Shown here in pieces: positions 50,390-61,897 of a stretch of 64,000 bases of DNA; position 1 is the stretch's first letter; the number at the start of each line of letters is the position of its first letter. The stretch is from NCBI GenBank assembly GCA_965214775.1, contig OZ243974.1, positions 352,001 to 416,000 on the forward strand. Reading direction: 5' to 3'. Position numbers and translations under genes: made by a program. The stretch comes from Nitrosopumilus sp. Lineage in GTDB: Archaea > Thermoproteota > Nitrososphaeria > Nitrososphaerales > Nitrosopumilaceae. Under the pieces are notes generated by a model. That model searched no databases and was not told the DNA's origin. It saw only the letters and a program-made list of their open reading frames with translations.

Positions 50390-51095
50390 AATAGAATATC
50401 ACGATCCAGAAAAAATTATGGATTATGGACAAGATTCCTCTGCAAAGTGGTTAAGATCATCCCATGAGAGAAATATCGCAGATTGCTACGAAAAGGAATC
50501 CGAGAGGAAGTTAATGCACGGTAGGCGTTATTGGAGAGATGAGTATTATGAGACCGTACTGGACAAAATTAGGATTCGTCTGCCACAGAAAATGTTTGAA
50601 AATGAGTCGTGTTTTATCCTTTTGCCCGAAACGAGCCATATGGAACATCTTCATAATGCTATCAATGATTTGCCATATATGGTACGAGTTTTTACTAATG
50701 CAAGTGAGGTAGACAACAAATCATCCACTGCCATGCCTATGTCTGCTAGACATGTGAAAACGTCAGAAGGCGCAAGTGAACCGACTGCACATGTCTTGGA
50801 GAATCTGGCAGATGACTGCGGACTGCCGCGCGAATATGCCTCAAAAATTAGAGACTCCTTGGAGGACGCATCACGGTTCATATCTGACAAGGGAGCCAAG
50901 TACAGCATACTGCACGAGCTGTTCACAGATCCGGAGTTTCCAGACTGGAAGATGATCAAAGTCACCTTCAAGATAGACACGGAATCATCACACGCCGCCC
51001 ATGACGAGCTCAAAGATCAGATCTATGAGATCGTCAGCTCGAAACTGACCGATCACATACTTGAAAACATAATCATAAAATTTGACAGGCCATGA
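50373..51095 (+). CDS. Hypothetical protein preceding HEPN (possible degenerate MNT-like C-terminus)
   Basis: C-terminal FTDPEFPDWKMIKVTFKID; overlaps both neighbours. Confidence 0.65.
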   Translation: MQLQYEIEYHDPEKIMDYGQDSSAKWLRSSHERNIADCYEKESERKLMHGRRYWRDEYYETVLDKIRIRLPQKMFENESCFILLPETSHMEHLHNAINDLPYMVRVFTNASEVDNKSSTAMPMSARHVKTSEGASEPTAHVLENLADDCGLPREYASKIRDSLEDASRFISDKGAKYSILHELFTDPEFPDWKMIKVTFKIDTESSHAAHDELKDQIYEIVSSKLTDHILENIIIKFDRP

Positions 51096-51559
51096 TCAAG
51101 CCCACGGAGTTCCTAGATCATGCAGAGAGGATAATCACAAATGAAAACTGCCCACAGGAGGTGGAGTTCAGATGTGCCGTGAGCAGGGCATATTATTCCC
51201 TGTATCACGAGGCGTACGCAAAGGTCTTCAAATACAAATCTGTGCTGTCTGACGTGATCTGCGAGATTCTGGACAAAAAAGGCCGACCGTATGATAAATC
51301 AAGGATCGAATCGCTAGACCAAAATTACATATTGAGAATAGGCACCAACCTTCACCAAACAATACCCAAAACATTGACAATGATGGGAGAAAAAAGGATA
51401 GGGAACGATTTTACCGCATTCAGGGATGATAGAAACGTTGCAGACTATGACATACATGATCGGTATCCCGACAACAGGGCACGCGAAAAGGTAGCGGCGA
51501 TGAAAAAATTAATTCTAGAGATAAAAAACATCAACGGTGTCAAGTGTGGTAAGTTTTGA
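51092..51559 (+). CDS. HEPN-domain protein
   Basis: RCAVSRAYYSLYH and DRNVADY (R-x4-Y). Confidence 0.85.
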   Translation: MIKPTEFLDHAERIITNENCPQEVEFRCAVSRAYYSLYHEAYAKVFKYKSVLSDVICEILDKKGRPYDKSRIESLDQNYILRIGTNLHQTIPKTLTMMGEKRIGNDFTAFRDDRNVADYDIHDRYPDNRAREKVAAMKKLILEIKNINGVKCGKF

Positions 51560-51759
51560 TAAACCGATCATCATGATTTAGCCGCAGGCCAGAACAGAAC
51601 CAGAAAACGATTCGTACTCTTGTTATTCGGCATCATACTCCCATGAGACGGAAGCGATCAGGAACCGCACAAATTGGGGGCATATTGACAAGAGTGGGCG
51701 TTCAAGTCATCTGCCTGTAACTGCCAACCGACCATTGTAGGATCTGGTATGAGGCGTGT

Positions 51760-51940
51760 ACGAGACGTTATATCAAATCTTATCTGTAGCGGACGCCATA
51801 TTATCCGTGTTGGGCCCAAGAGCCGAAGTAAACTTGCCACACATGAGGGCGTGTATGAGACTGGCTCAGAGTAGGCGGACGACGAAATGCCACATAATCG
51901 AGGGTAAATGGGAGTTTTCCGTTCAGTTGGGCACACACAC
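51760..51940 (+). ncRNA. Candidate IS110 bridge RNA
   Basis: The non-coding left end holds four segments matching the target and donor junctions in the expected order (see findings); boundaries are approximate. Confidence 0.55.
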
Positions 51941-51950
51941 TTTGATCAAA

Positions 51951-51960
51951 AAGGAGGTGA
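51951..51960 (+). promoter_or_regulatory. Shine-Dalgarno of the IS110 transposase
   Basis: AAGGAGGTGA 4 nt before the ATG at 51965. Confidence 0.75.
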
Positions 51961-51964
51961 TAAA

Positions 51965-53124
51965 ATGATCAACATAGGAATAGATGTTCATAAGAAGACA
52001 TGTATAGTAACCGTCAAGGACCAGACTGCAAAGATACTGGAGCAGACGGAGTTTTCCAACACGTCATACGGGATAAAAAAATTTGCCGTACAGATCAAAA
52101 AGAGATATGCACGACGCAAGATCCGGGCAGTCTACGAGGCAACAGGAAACTATTGGATACTGCTGCATGATATGCTTGAAGACAACAAGATAGACACAAA
52201 GCTTGCGCATCCTGCCAAGACCAAGGCCATAGCGCATGCAAAACTAAAGGACGACAGGGTGGACTCTGAAGTGCTGGCAGACCTGCTCAGGACGGACATG
52301 GCGTACGAGTCGTTCGTGCCTGACAGATACTACAGGGACCTGCGCGGCCTCTCAAGGGCCAGGATCGACGCCGTACGCCTGGGAACCGGCGAAAAGAACA
52401 AGATAACTGCCATACTTGCAAAGGTATGTGGTCACCTATCCCCGCCAATCAGGCACGAATTAGTATACACAATTATGATTTCCATGCCTAGCCAGTAAGG
52501 GGACGTGACCACATACTTGCAAAGTATGCCGCAAAGCCCCCTACAAAGGGAAGATTCACCGTACAGGGAATCCAGTGGATGCACGAGCTCTGCAGAGACG
52601 ACGGCAAAAAGAAGTACAACATCTCAGAGATGGACAAAATGATGATAAGCACAGGACTGGACAGGATTGAGATGATGCGACAGCAGGTAGTGGAATTTGA
52701 GCGCAGGATTGCAGCCATCTGCATTAACGATCCCAGAATCAAGCTCCTGATGACGGTTCCCGGAATAAGCTACGTGACCGCACTTGCCATAATATCCGAA
52801 ATAGTGGACATAAAGAGATTTGCCACAGCAGAAAAGCTTGCAGCATACGCGGGCCTGATACCGTCACATCACAACAGCGGTGAGACCATACGGGGCGGAT
52901 CCATAACTCGGACTGGTTCTGCATGGCTTCGGTACGCCATCGTAAACGCAGCCACGGTAGGGGTGCAATACGATACCAGGATGGGTGAGAGATACGACAG
53001 AATAGCCAGACGCAGGGGAAAGCAAAAGGCCAAGGTGGCAGTAGCCAGAACGCTTGCAAAGGTGATCTGGCACATGCTGACTGATGAAACGGAATACCGC
53101 ACGCAGGACAAGGAACTCACGCAA
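51965..53124 (+). pseudogene. IS110 transposase (segments 51965-52423 + 52525-53124 + 63290-63334; 367 aa reconstituted)
   Basis: IGIDVHK, YEATG, KDDRVDS, LMTVPGI, YAGLIPS..NSG, AVARTL. Confidence 0.92.
52424..52516. mobile_element. 93-bp MITE with 8-bp TSD TTGCAAAG inserted in the IS110 transposase
   Basis: TIRs GTATGTGGTCAC / GTGACCACATAC; removal restores ILAK-YAAKPP. Confidence 0.9.
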
Positions 53125-53137
53125 GGAACTGGGAAGT

Positions 53138-54286
53138 TTACGGTAGATGATTCTCCCTGGGAAATGCCGGTAGACTGGATTTTGAGGCGTTCTGAATGAT
53201 GGTCTTCCACTTGTCCTTGCCCTGAATCCTGATGCCTGCCCTGTCTGCTGGTGTATCGCCTTCCAGTCCTTGGTGGGGCCTGATGTAGTTATGGTGAATC
53301 TGCATTCCTGTGAATATGGCAGAGTCATCCTTCTTGATTCCCCTGACTACCTTTTCCCTTGCCCTCAGTGTATTTCCGTTGAAGGACTCCATCTGGTTGT
53401 TGTTCATGTCACCCGCCATGTGGATGTGACGGCGGTGCTCGGTGTCCTTGTGAAGAAAGTTCTTTGGCCTGTACTGCTCATTCCACGCATGGTGAAAGTT
53501 GGCAGCTCCGTCAGAGATCAGGGTCTTTGGGATTTTTTTGGCCTTTCTTTTGGCATCTGTAAACATCGGGGAGACATCATCATTTCCCTTATGTTCTGCC
53601 ACCATCTGGGATAGCCAGAAACGGGTCTCGCTGTCCAGCATCGCAAAGAGGTATTTTCTGTCGCCCTTGATTTTCAGGTAGAGCTCGTCTGTCCTCCATT
53701 GCTCACCTACTTGTGGAGTTATCCTGTCTAGATACTTCTCCATGAGGTTTACATATTTCTTGACCCAGTTCTGAACCGTCCTGTATGTGACGGTAATTCC
53801 AGTCAGTGTCAATGATTGTGCTGTCTTTCTTGATGATTCCCCGTTAAAGTAGAGGTTCATTGCCATTGTGATTTGGTCTGGGGTGGCACTCATGTTTTCA
53901 AATCCTAGGTTGATTGAAAACTTGCGTTTACAGTCATTACATCTGAACATCTGAACATCATGGTTCTTGTTGTGTCGTACACCCATTTTTACTATGTTTG
54001 CAGAATTGCAATACTTGCAGGAGTCAATGGTGACTTCAGGGATTACAACATCATCTTTGACTTTTTGGTGAATCTTGGCAGATATTTCAACTGCGTGGAC
54101 ATGCTTGCAGCAAGTCCTGCGGAACTGGTGATCCTCGCAGGAGCAGGCCCAGCCATATTCAGTGGAAATAACGTCATGCTGTTTGTCTCTTGATTGTGAG
54201 TTTACTTTGTAATGGCTTTCATTTATTCGTACAATTTGGTTTTGTTTTTCTGCTATCTGCTTTCCTCTGATCTCTCTTTGGTTCAT
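53138..54286 (-). CDS. IS6/IS240-type DDE transposase with N-terminal SWIM finger and zinc ribbon
   Basis: CSCED..CCKH, CKYC..CNDC, WRTDELY, LISDG, NNQMESFN, HHNYIRPH..L.G.TPA. Confidence 0.92.
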   Translation of the reverse strand: MNQREIRGKQIAEKQNQIVRINESHYKVNSQSRDKQHDVISTEYGWACSCEDHQFRRTCCKHVHAVEISAKIHQKVKDDVVIPEVTIDSCKYCNSANIVKMGVRHNKNHDVQMFRCNDCKRKFSINLGFENMSATPDQITMAMNLYFNGESSRKTAQSLTLTGITVTYRTVQNWVKKYVNLMEKYLDRITPQVGEQWRTDELYLKIKGDRKYLFAMLDSETRFWLSQMVAEHKGNDDVSPMFTDAKRKAKKIPKTLISDGAANFHHAWNEQYRPKNFLHKDTEHRRHIHMAGDMNNNQMESFNGNTLRAREKVVRGIKKDDSAIFTGMQIHHNYIRPHQGLEGDTPADRAGIRIQGKDKWKTIIQNASKSSLPAFPRENHLP

Positions 54287-54429
54287 GCGGATCGCACCTC
54301 AAAAATTAATATTGGATTGGAATCAAAGAGATTCAAGGACTCGGTGTCAACCGCGTTCTTCGTCATTGGGAGGATCATTCCCTCTGACTCTTGATTTTTC
54401 TTCATAGTCTTTCTCGCTCCTTGATTCAT
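54283..54429 (-). CDS. Possible 48-aa ORF upstream of the transposase
   Basis: ATG at 54429; its stop overlaps the transposase start (ATGA). Confidence 0.35.
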   Translation of the reverse strand: MNQGARKTMKKNQESEGMILPMTKNAVDTESLNLFDSNPILIFEVRSA

Positions 54430-54517
54430 ACCAATAAATAGTTGATATATCATATAAATCTATACCAATAATTAATTGACATAAAAACATATAATGGGAG
54501 GTTGTGTGATTCATTGT

Positions 54518-54736
54518 ATGGGGACTGTCGTATACCGCCAGCGTGGAGACAAAGAATATGTTTACTACGTCTATTATGATGAAAAGCGAAGAACAGAGGT
54601 TTATTGCGGACTGTCTTCAGATCCGGAATCTGACAAAAAAATCCTGCAATGCAAAAAAAACGATCTTACCAAACAGAAAGCCAACATTACAAAAGAACTT
54701 GAAGTAATTACAAAAAAAATCCAACGTGGAACATGA
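54518..54736 (+). CDS. Small putative DNA-binding protein with coiled coil
   Basis: RGDKEYVYYVYYDEKRRTEVYCG beta-hairpin motif; ATGA overlap with the MTase. Confidence 0.6.
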   Translation: MGTVVYRQRGDKEYVYYVYYDEKRRTEVYCGLSSDPESDKKILQCKKNDLTKQKANITKELEVITKKIQRGT

Positions 54737-55762
54737 TGTCTGCTACAAAAAACACCCCGAAAACAATGATCCCGTTCATAAACACAATCCAGTGTGGCGA
54801 CAGTGCTAGGATTCTAAAACAGATTCCAGATGATTCGATAGATTTGGTTATCACGTCACCCCCCTACTTTCGGCAACGGGAATACGCTGGCTGTGAGGTG
54901 GGTGGTGAAAAACACGTGGAAGACTATATCGATGCGGTCATGGATGTGTTCCGTGAATGTGTGAGAATTACAAAGAGGTGCGGTAGCGTTGTCTTCAACA
55001 TGGGTGACAAATATGAAAACGGTTCTTTAATGCTGATCCCTTACAAATTTGCAATCCAAGCCATGAATGTAAAAAATGTAAAACTGGTAAATGATATAAC
55101 TTGGATCAAAAAGAATCCCACACCTAGACAGTTCAAAAGGCGCCTTGTAAGCAGTACTGAGCCATTCTTCCACTTCGTAAAATCATCCGATTACTACTAT
55201 GACATAGATGCATTTCAGGTCCGTAAAGACGACGACAGCCTGCCACCCACCAAAAACACGACGATTGGTAACAGATACAGAACAATGATCAGGGATTCGG
55301 AGCTTACCGCATCCGAAAAAAGAAAGGCGGTAAGAGAGTTAAACAAGGCCGTCAAGGAAGTGAAGGACGGCACAATAACAGGATTTAGAATGAAGATACG
55401 CGGCATACACGCACCTGCATTCGGCGGACAAAATGGTGGCAGAAAGATTCAGCTTGACAAGAACGGATTTACAATAATCCGGATGTCTGGAAATCCTCTA
55501 AAGCGGGATACGATAACCAGTAGTGTAGAAAGCCTCAGATGGAACAAACATCCTGCCATATATCCAGAGGTCGTAATATCGGAGATGATCCATCTCCTCA
55601 CACCCCCCCCCCAACAAGACCATAATCCTTGATCCATACATAGGAAGCGGCACTACGGGAGTGGTTGCCAAAAAGACAGGCAGGCAGTTTATAGGCATTG
55701 ATATAAATCCCGAATTTTGTGATATGGCCGCCAAACGTATTGAATTGGTTGATGAAATATGA
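54733..55762 (+). CDS. Beta-class N4/N6 DNA methyltransferase, frameshifted in a C10 tract (55603-55612)
   Basis: TSPPY, HPAIYP; the SAM motif [11 protein letters not shown] lies in a different frame after the poly-C. Confidence 0.9.
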
Positions 55763-56862
55763 ATGTAGAACATCACCACTGTCTGAAAATATTAAAAAAG
55801 TGCCTCAAGGAGGCCGGTGTGCATGTGCCAGTATGTGGTGATGACGTAAAAAAACACCTAGATGTCATTATTTCAAACAGTGAAAAAAAGAAGGCGGTTT
55901 TGGCAGTAACAGTGACATCGCTGACAAAGAAGGCGGTAGACCCGCAACAAGACATCCGGCGTCATCAGAGTGGGCTTGATGGTGGATATTCAGGAAGAAC
56001 CCTTGATACCAAGACAGTCACCCCGTTTCTCAAGGCCAATCAGTTTCCAGCCATGTCGGAGTCCGGATGGCTTACACGATCCTTGGAACAGAATCAACCA
56101 TACACATTGGATTACAAAGGCAGTGTCACTCCACATAAACTAAAGCAGGCATTCTTGTGCACGTTGGACAGGGTGCAAAACCACGATGAATCCCCCATAG
56201 AACTGCTAACATATTTGTTGAGTGGATTAATCAAACAACGAGATGAAAATACCAAACTCAGACTAGCCAAACCCGTAGACCTGCCAATCAGGACAATCAT
56301 GTCATATCTAAATAAGCATTTCATGTCTCAGTATAGCAGTGCAGGAGGTTCCAGACTACCGGTGTTGGCGATATACGCTGCATATCAACAGATGATTTCC
56401 GAGGTGGGGCGATATAGAAAACATGTCCTAAAACAACTCGAATCACACACATCACCAGACAGGCGTTCTGGTGCAACTGGAGACATTGAGGTTGCAGACG
56501 AGCAATCCAAAATTTTTGAGGCCGTAGAGGTGAAACATCGGATTAGAATAACGCCTTCTTTGGTAAGAGAAGCACATATGAAATTCAAATCAGAGCCAAT
56601 CAAACGGTACTATCTATTGACCACGGATGAGCAGGATCAGAACAGTGAAGAGATAACTGCCGAAGTTGTAAAAATCAGTCAGATTCATGGATGTCAGGTT
56701 ATTGTAAACGGGGTCATGAACACCCTGAAATACTATCTTCGTCTATTAAAAACACCCGACGACTTTGTGCATAATTATGTGCGTCTGATAGAAAAGGATG
56801 AGTCAGTAAAGTTCGAACATAGACAACGCTGGAATGACATTGTTCAAAATCAGGGAGCGTGA
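55759..56862 (+). CDS. Putative type II restriction endonuclease
   Basis: GDIEV...FEAVEVK PD-(D/E)xK-like motif; translationally coupled to the MTase. Confidence 0.75.
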   Translation: MNVEHHHCLKILKKCLKEAGVHVPVCGDDVKKHLDVIISNSEKKKAVLAVTVTSLTKKAVDPQQDIRRHQSGLDGGYSGRTLDTKTVTPFLKANQFPAMSESGWLTRSLEQNQPYTLDYKGSVTPHKLKQAFLCTLDRVQNHDESPIELLTYLLSGLIKQRDENTKLRLAKPVDLPIRTIMSYLNKHFMSQYSSAGGSRLPVLAIYAAYQQMISEVGRYRKHVLKQLESHTSPDRRSGATGDIEVADEQSKIFEAVEVKHRIRITPSLVREAHMKFKSEPIKRYYLLTTDEQDQNSEEITAEVVKISQIHGCQVIVNGVMNTLKYYLRLLKTPDDFVHNYVRLIEKDESVKFEHRQRWNDIVQNQGA

Positions 56863-57252
56863 CACTCCAATGGGACGGATTTATCATGGCAGACCAACCA
56901 CTCACACCAACGGAAAATGTCCAAAATGCGGAGTAATTGGATTAATGGATTTGTTGGGTACCGCAACCATATTTGATCTTTTTTGCGTTCCAACAATTGA
57001 GTTTTACACGCCTGATTTAGGTATTACGCAACAATACGCGACAAGAGTCTTGCCCCCTCCGGAAGATATCGCGTGGAAGGCACGGTAGTAAAGACCCCGG
57101 CAGGCAGTGTCACCTGTGGGGCATGCCGGCAATCACAAATCCTTGAATGCCATCGACCGTTTGCAGGGGTGTCTGATCATAAAGCACTTCAAGAATTTTT
57201 ACCGGCCGGTACAAGCCCTTGCCGCAGGTCGGGCCCGCCGTGATCGCGCTGG

Positions 57253-60200
57253 CTAGCCGAGGCCTGCCGCATGCAGCAGCCGCACCTGCCGGGCCGACAG
57301 CTCGGCGCCGTACACGCGCAGCTCGTCAAGAACCGAGTCGATCCTGTCGGGATCCCACCAGGTGGTGGTCCTCACGGTGAACGCATGGTCGTTTGTCGTG
57401 CTGCCTGCCAGCCCCAGGCCCCTGCGGTATTGGCCATAGTCCCGGTGCTCGCCGTCGATATACGCATTCAGGCCCTCCTTTGCGCCCGAGCCGTCGTACG
57501 TGAATGCGATATGGTGCCAGGCCCCGTCTGACATGTTCAGGTGGTTGGGGGTGTGCACGTTTATGAACGTGGAGTTGTCGTGTATCAAAAGCAGGATCCT
57601 GTTGGGCGCCCCTCCCCATATCCACACGTACAAGCCGGTATGGCCGAACGACTCTGCCTTGGACATTATCATGGTGCTGTTGTTGACGGGCACGTCCTGC
57701 CTGAGCCAGAACGCTATGCTGAACGGGTCGGTGCGCCCAAAGTCAAAGTCGGCCTCGCCCGCAAGGGCGACGTTCGTAGAGCCGTCAAGCTGCAGCCCCC
57801 TGCCTATCCTGCCAGGCACGTACGTGACATCCCCTGCAGCCGCCGTGCCGTTGTTGTCCCCCGTTGCATCTGTCAGGCTGCCCTCAAAGGACAGGCCTGC
57901 CACGAGCTCCTCGTAGGGGGCCGTTACGGCCACGGGATCGGCGATCGTGACCCGTATGCCGCCCATCGGACTTCCGTCCCCGTCCACCAGCCCGACCCTG
58001 AACGTGCCTCCCGCCGCTGCGTCCGCGTCGTCGGCGGTCCTCAGCAGTATCGTATACTGGGAGCCGGGCGCGTTGATCGTGTGGTACCTTACGTCGTACG
58101 CGGAGCCTGCGTGGTTGTCAAGCTCCATCGTGCGGCGCCGCTGCCCCGGAAAGTCCGTGCACACCGCAGTGTCGCACCCGGAGCCCTCCGGGAATCCCCC
58201 AAAGTCGTCCACGGTAAGCGAGCTGCTGTATATGGCAAGGGCGTCGTGCTGGTGCCTTGCGCCATCAACGGTCACCGTATACTCGAAGGTCTGTCCCGGA
58301 AATATCCTGTCGGGGCCCGTGATCCTCCAGGTGGTGTCCCCGTCCGTTATCGTCCTCGTGGACGGCGGCATCACCGTTACCGGTATGCCTCCCACCTGGT
58401 TGTTGTTGCTGTCCATCATGCCGACTGTGGCCTGCGTGCCCGCCGGCGCATCGGCTGCCGGCTGCAGCAGTATGGTATGGCTGGATCTGGACTTTTTCAT
58501 CTTGTTGTGCATGGCAGTATACGGCGAGTCCTCGTCACTGGCTATCTTGTACGTGTCGTGCTTTTGCTCTGGAAACCCCGCGCATATCACGGTCTGGCAG
58601 TCCGTATCGGAATCGTGCCATCCGAGGTCCCGCTCTGTACACGGCAAGGGCCTCCTCTCGCGGCCTTGCCCCGTCCTCGAGTGTTACGGTATACTCGAAG
58701 GTCTGCCCCGCAAACACCCTGTCCGGACCCGTGACGCTCCACGTGGATCGGCCCGTGCTCACGGTCTGGGAGACGTCCAGGACGGCGTCAGAGGCGTCCA
58801 CGTGTATGACAAACCAGTCCCTCTGCGAGTTTGCAGAGCCGTCTGTCGCCGTGCATACTACCTCGGTGAATCCGGGAGCAAACGTCGATCCGGACTCGTG
58901 CGTGCACGATACTGCCACGACCCCGTCTACGAGGTCGGAGGCAGTCGGCGCATCGTAGCTGACTGCCATTCCACGGCCCGCCGGATCATCTACGTCTATG
59001 TCGCGCAGGCCGGAGATGGCAGGCGGCGTGGTGTCCCGTATCGTAACAGTCTGGGTGGCCGTCGCCGCGTTGCCTGCAGAGTCGGTGGCAGTCCACGTGA
59101 CTGTCGTGTTGCCCAACGGGAACGACTCTGGGGCGTCGTTTGTAATTGTGGGGCTGGGATCGGCAACGTCGGTAACAGTGGAAGTCCCATAGTCGCCGGC
59201 ACTCAGGACCGTCATGATGCCGGCAGCCTCGGCCGTATGATCGGCGGGTGCCATGATCCGGGGCGGCGTGGTGTCCTGTATCGTAACAGTCTGGGTTGCA
59301 GTAGCCGCGTTGCCCGCAGAATCGGTGGCAGTCCATGTCACTATGGTATCGCCAAGCGGGAACGATTCCGGTGCGTCGTTTGTGATTGCCGGATCCGGAT
59401 CCGCAATGTCGGATGCAGTGGCCTGCCCTATGGATACGGCAGTCAGCACGCCGGAAGCCTCGATTGTGACATCTGGGGGTGTGGTGATGCTCGGCAGTGT
59501 CGTGTCCTGTATCGTAACAGTCTGGGTTGCAGTAGCCGCGTTGCCCGCAGAATCGGTGGCAGTCCATGTCACTATGGTATCGCCAAGCGGGAACGATTCC
59601 GGTGCGTCGTTTGTGATTGCCGGATCCGGATCAACATCGTCTGAGGCCACGGCGTCGCCCAGACCCACGTCGGAGGCAGGGGTGAGGACGGCAGTCGCCT
59701 CGGCCGTCACGTCCTCTGGCGCCGTGATTGAAGGCGGCGTCGTGTCGCCTGCGTCACCGTCGTATATCCGAATGTCGTCAAGCTCCGCATCCTCGTTGTT
59801 TGAGCTGGAACGCGCCTCGAACCTCACCTTGAAGGAGTCCGACGCGTTTGAGAGGACATAGCTGTGGTGATGCCAGGCGCCGTCGTCGCCTGCGTTGTTT
59901 GCGGTAAAGTTTGCAAGTTGGATCCACGTGGTGCCGCCGTCACTGGAGGTGTGGACGTATATCCCCTCGTTGTTTGAGACGTCGGCCCCCGTCGCGACGA
60001 ACCTGTAAAAGCTGAGCACGGGCTGGGACATCTGCGTCAGGTCCACCACGTCTATCATCGTCATCGAGCACACGTCGTCGCAGTCCTCGGCTCCCCCCAC
60101 CTTGTTTCCGGGCTGGGATCCCGGAACTGGCTCTGTCGGGTCTGGCCTGATCGACCAGTACTCGTCATCGCCCGTGGTCAGATGCCACCTTGAGAGATCC

Positions 60201-61897
60201 ATCCCCTCAAAGTCCTCTGCAAAGGAGTCGACGGTGGCCTGCACCGGCGCATCAAGCGTCACGGTGACGCTGCTTGTGGCGGTTGCGCCGTCCCCGTTTG
60301 CCGATTCCACTGCGATGGTGTGGTTGCCGTTGTCCAGTCCGGTCAGGACCGATTCAAAGCTTGCAGTGACGTCGGATATGTGGGTCACCTCGACGGGATT
60401 CGTGGCAGGTACAATGCCGTCTACGTAGACCTTCACGTACTCTATCCCAGAGCCCTCAGGCTCGTAGACCCACCCCGATACTGCGATGTCTGGCACGGTT
60501 ACGGTGGATCCTGCTGCCGGGGCCGTGATCGTTATGACTGGCGGCGTGGGATCCTCGATGTTTACGTTCACCAGGTTCGAGGCAGGCGACAGCCCGTGCG
60601 CGTTTTTGGCAAATATCCTAAAGTACATGTCGTAGCCGGGATATCCGGTATGCTCGATGCTCGTGGTCGTTTCAGAGACGGTGTCGTGAAGGTTCCATCT
60701 CTGGGTGTCCGGCGACCTTTCTATTCTAAACGAGGTGATGTTAGAGCCCCCGTCGTCCGGGATGCTCCAGGCAAGCGTGATGTTGTTTCCCGACAGGGTG
60801 TAGGAAAGGTCGTCGACCGGGTCGGGTACGGTCTGCGTGGACGGCCCGACGATCGAGATCACCCCCTCCCTTGTGTGGCCGATTCTCTTGTCCGTGACGG
60901 TGTACCTTATGGTGTCAGATTCCGGCGTGGAGCTTGCCGGGGTGTACTCGAGCCGGATGGCCGTGCCGTTTGTGGTCGGGATCTTTTCGGTGGTGCTGGT
61001 GTGGCTCAGGCTTCCCTTTGTGGGGTGCTCTTTGAGATAAAACGTCAGATAGTCGCCGTCGGTGTCTATTGCGTTTATGTCGACTGTGACCCTGTCGTTT
61101 GTGGCCACGTCTATGTCCCTGTTCTGGACCGTGGGAACCTGGTTTCTGGTTGCGATGTTGTTGCAGTCAAGCGATGTCACGGTTCCTGCGATAAACGAGT
61201 TGCCCCGGCATTCCTTGCCGATGTACCCCTCCGAGACGGACGGCTGGGACAGGGAGGCTGAGGCGGGAAGGTTTGTCCAAGAGCCGTTCTGCCTTATCTT
61301 CATGCCGGTGAACTTGCTCATCGGAATTGACGAATAGTCGTCTGTGGCAGAGACGGTTCCCTCTATTCCAAAGTTGCCATGGTAGACATTATTTGGATTC
61401 ATGAAAAGCTGCGCCTGTGGGTACGGGATTGTCACGTCCGGGGTCGTGACATACACCTGGACGTTGCTTGTCAGGTACTTTTGTATCTTTACTGATATGT
61501 CATCGCCGGGATCAACGCGACCGTTTGATACTAGGTATTCTTGGTAAACATCAAGATCGCCTATCACATAATTAAATCCATAATAGGTGCTCAGGACGGC
61601 GACGCATCCAACGTTTAGGAAATGTCCTTTTGTAACTCCTGCCTCCACCCATTCCCCGGTATTTGCAACCAGCCAGCCGGCAGCTGCTGCGGTATTGTCG
61701 CATTCCGTCCTGTCTATCCACAGATCCGGCGAATCCAGCTGGTACTCTATGCCTTCGATTGGGGTAAGACGGCTGGTCTGCTGCCATACATGGCAACGAG
61801 GGTCAGCACAGTCAAAGATTCCAAATGCGTCCTGGCCATATGCAACAATACACAGTGCAAAGACTGCAAAAAACAAAACGGGAAACTTGGTCATCAT
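57253..61897 (-). CDS. Secreted multidomain protein (putative glutamic-peptidase-like domain, Ig, FN3, MAM-like, HYR x4, 2 unknown repeats, LamG); frameshift at ~58640
   Basis: Signal peptide; LAWSIPDDGGSNITSF (FN3); DTTPP.I.AP..VTWTATDSAGN (HYR); WHHIAFTYDG..LDELRVY (LamG). The ORFs 58535-61897 and 57253-58647 share a split repeat. Confidence 0.85.

Noticed and set aside
56834-57088. Small CxxC ORF in the transposon cargo
   Set aside because: A single CPKC motif and no recognisable family; not enough support to call.
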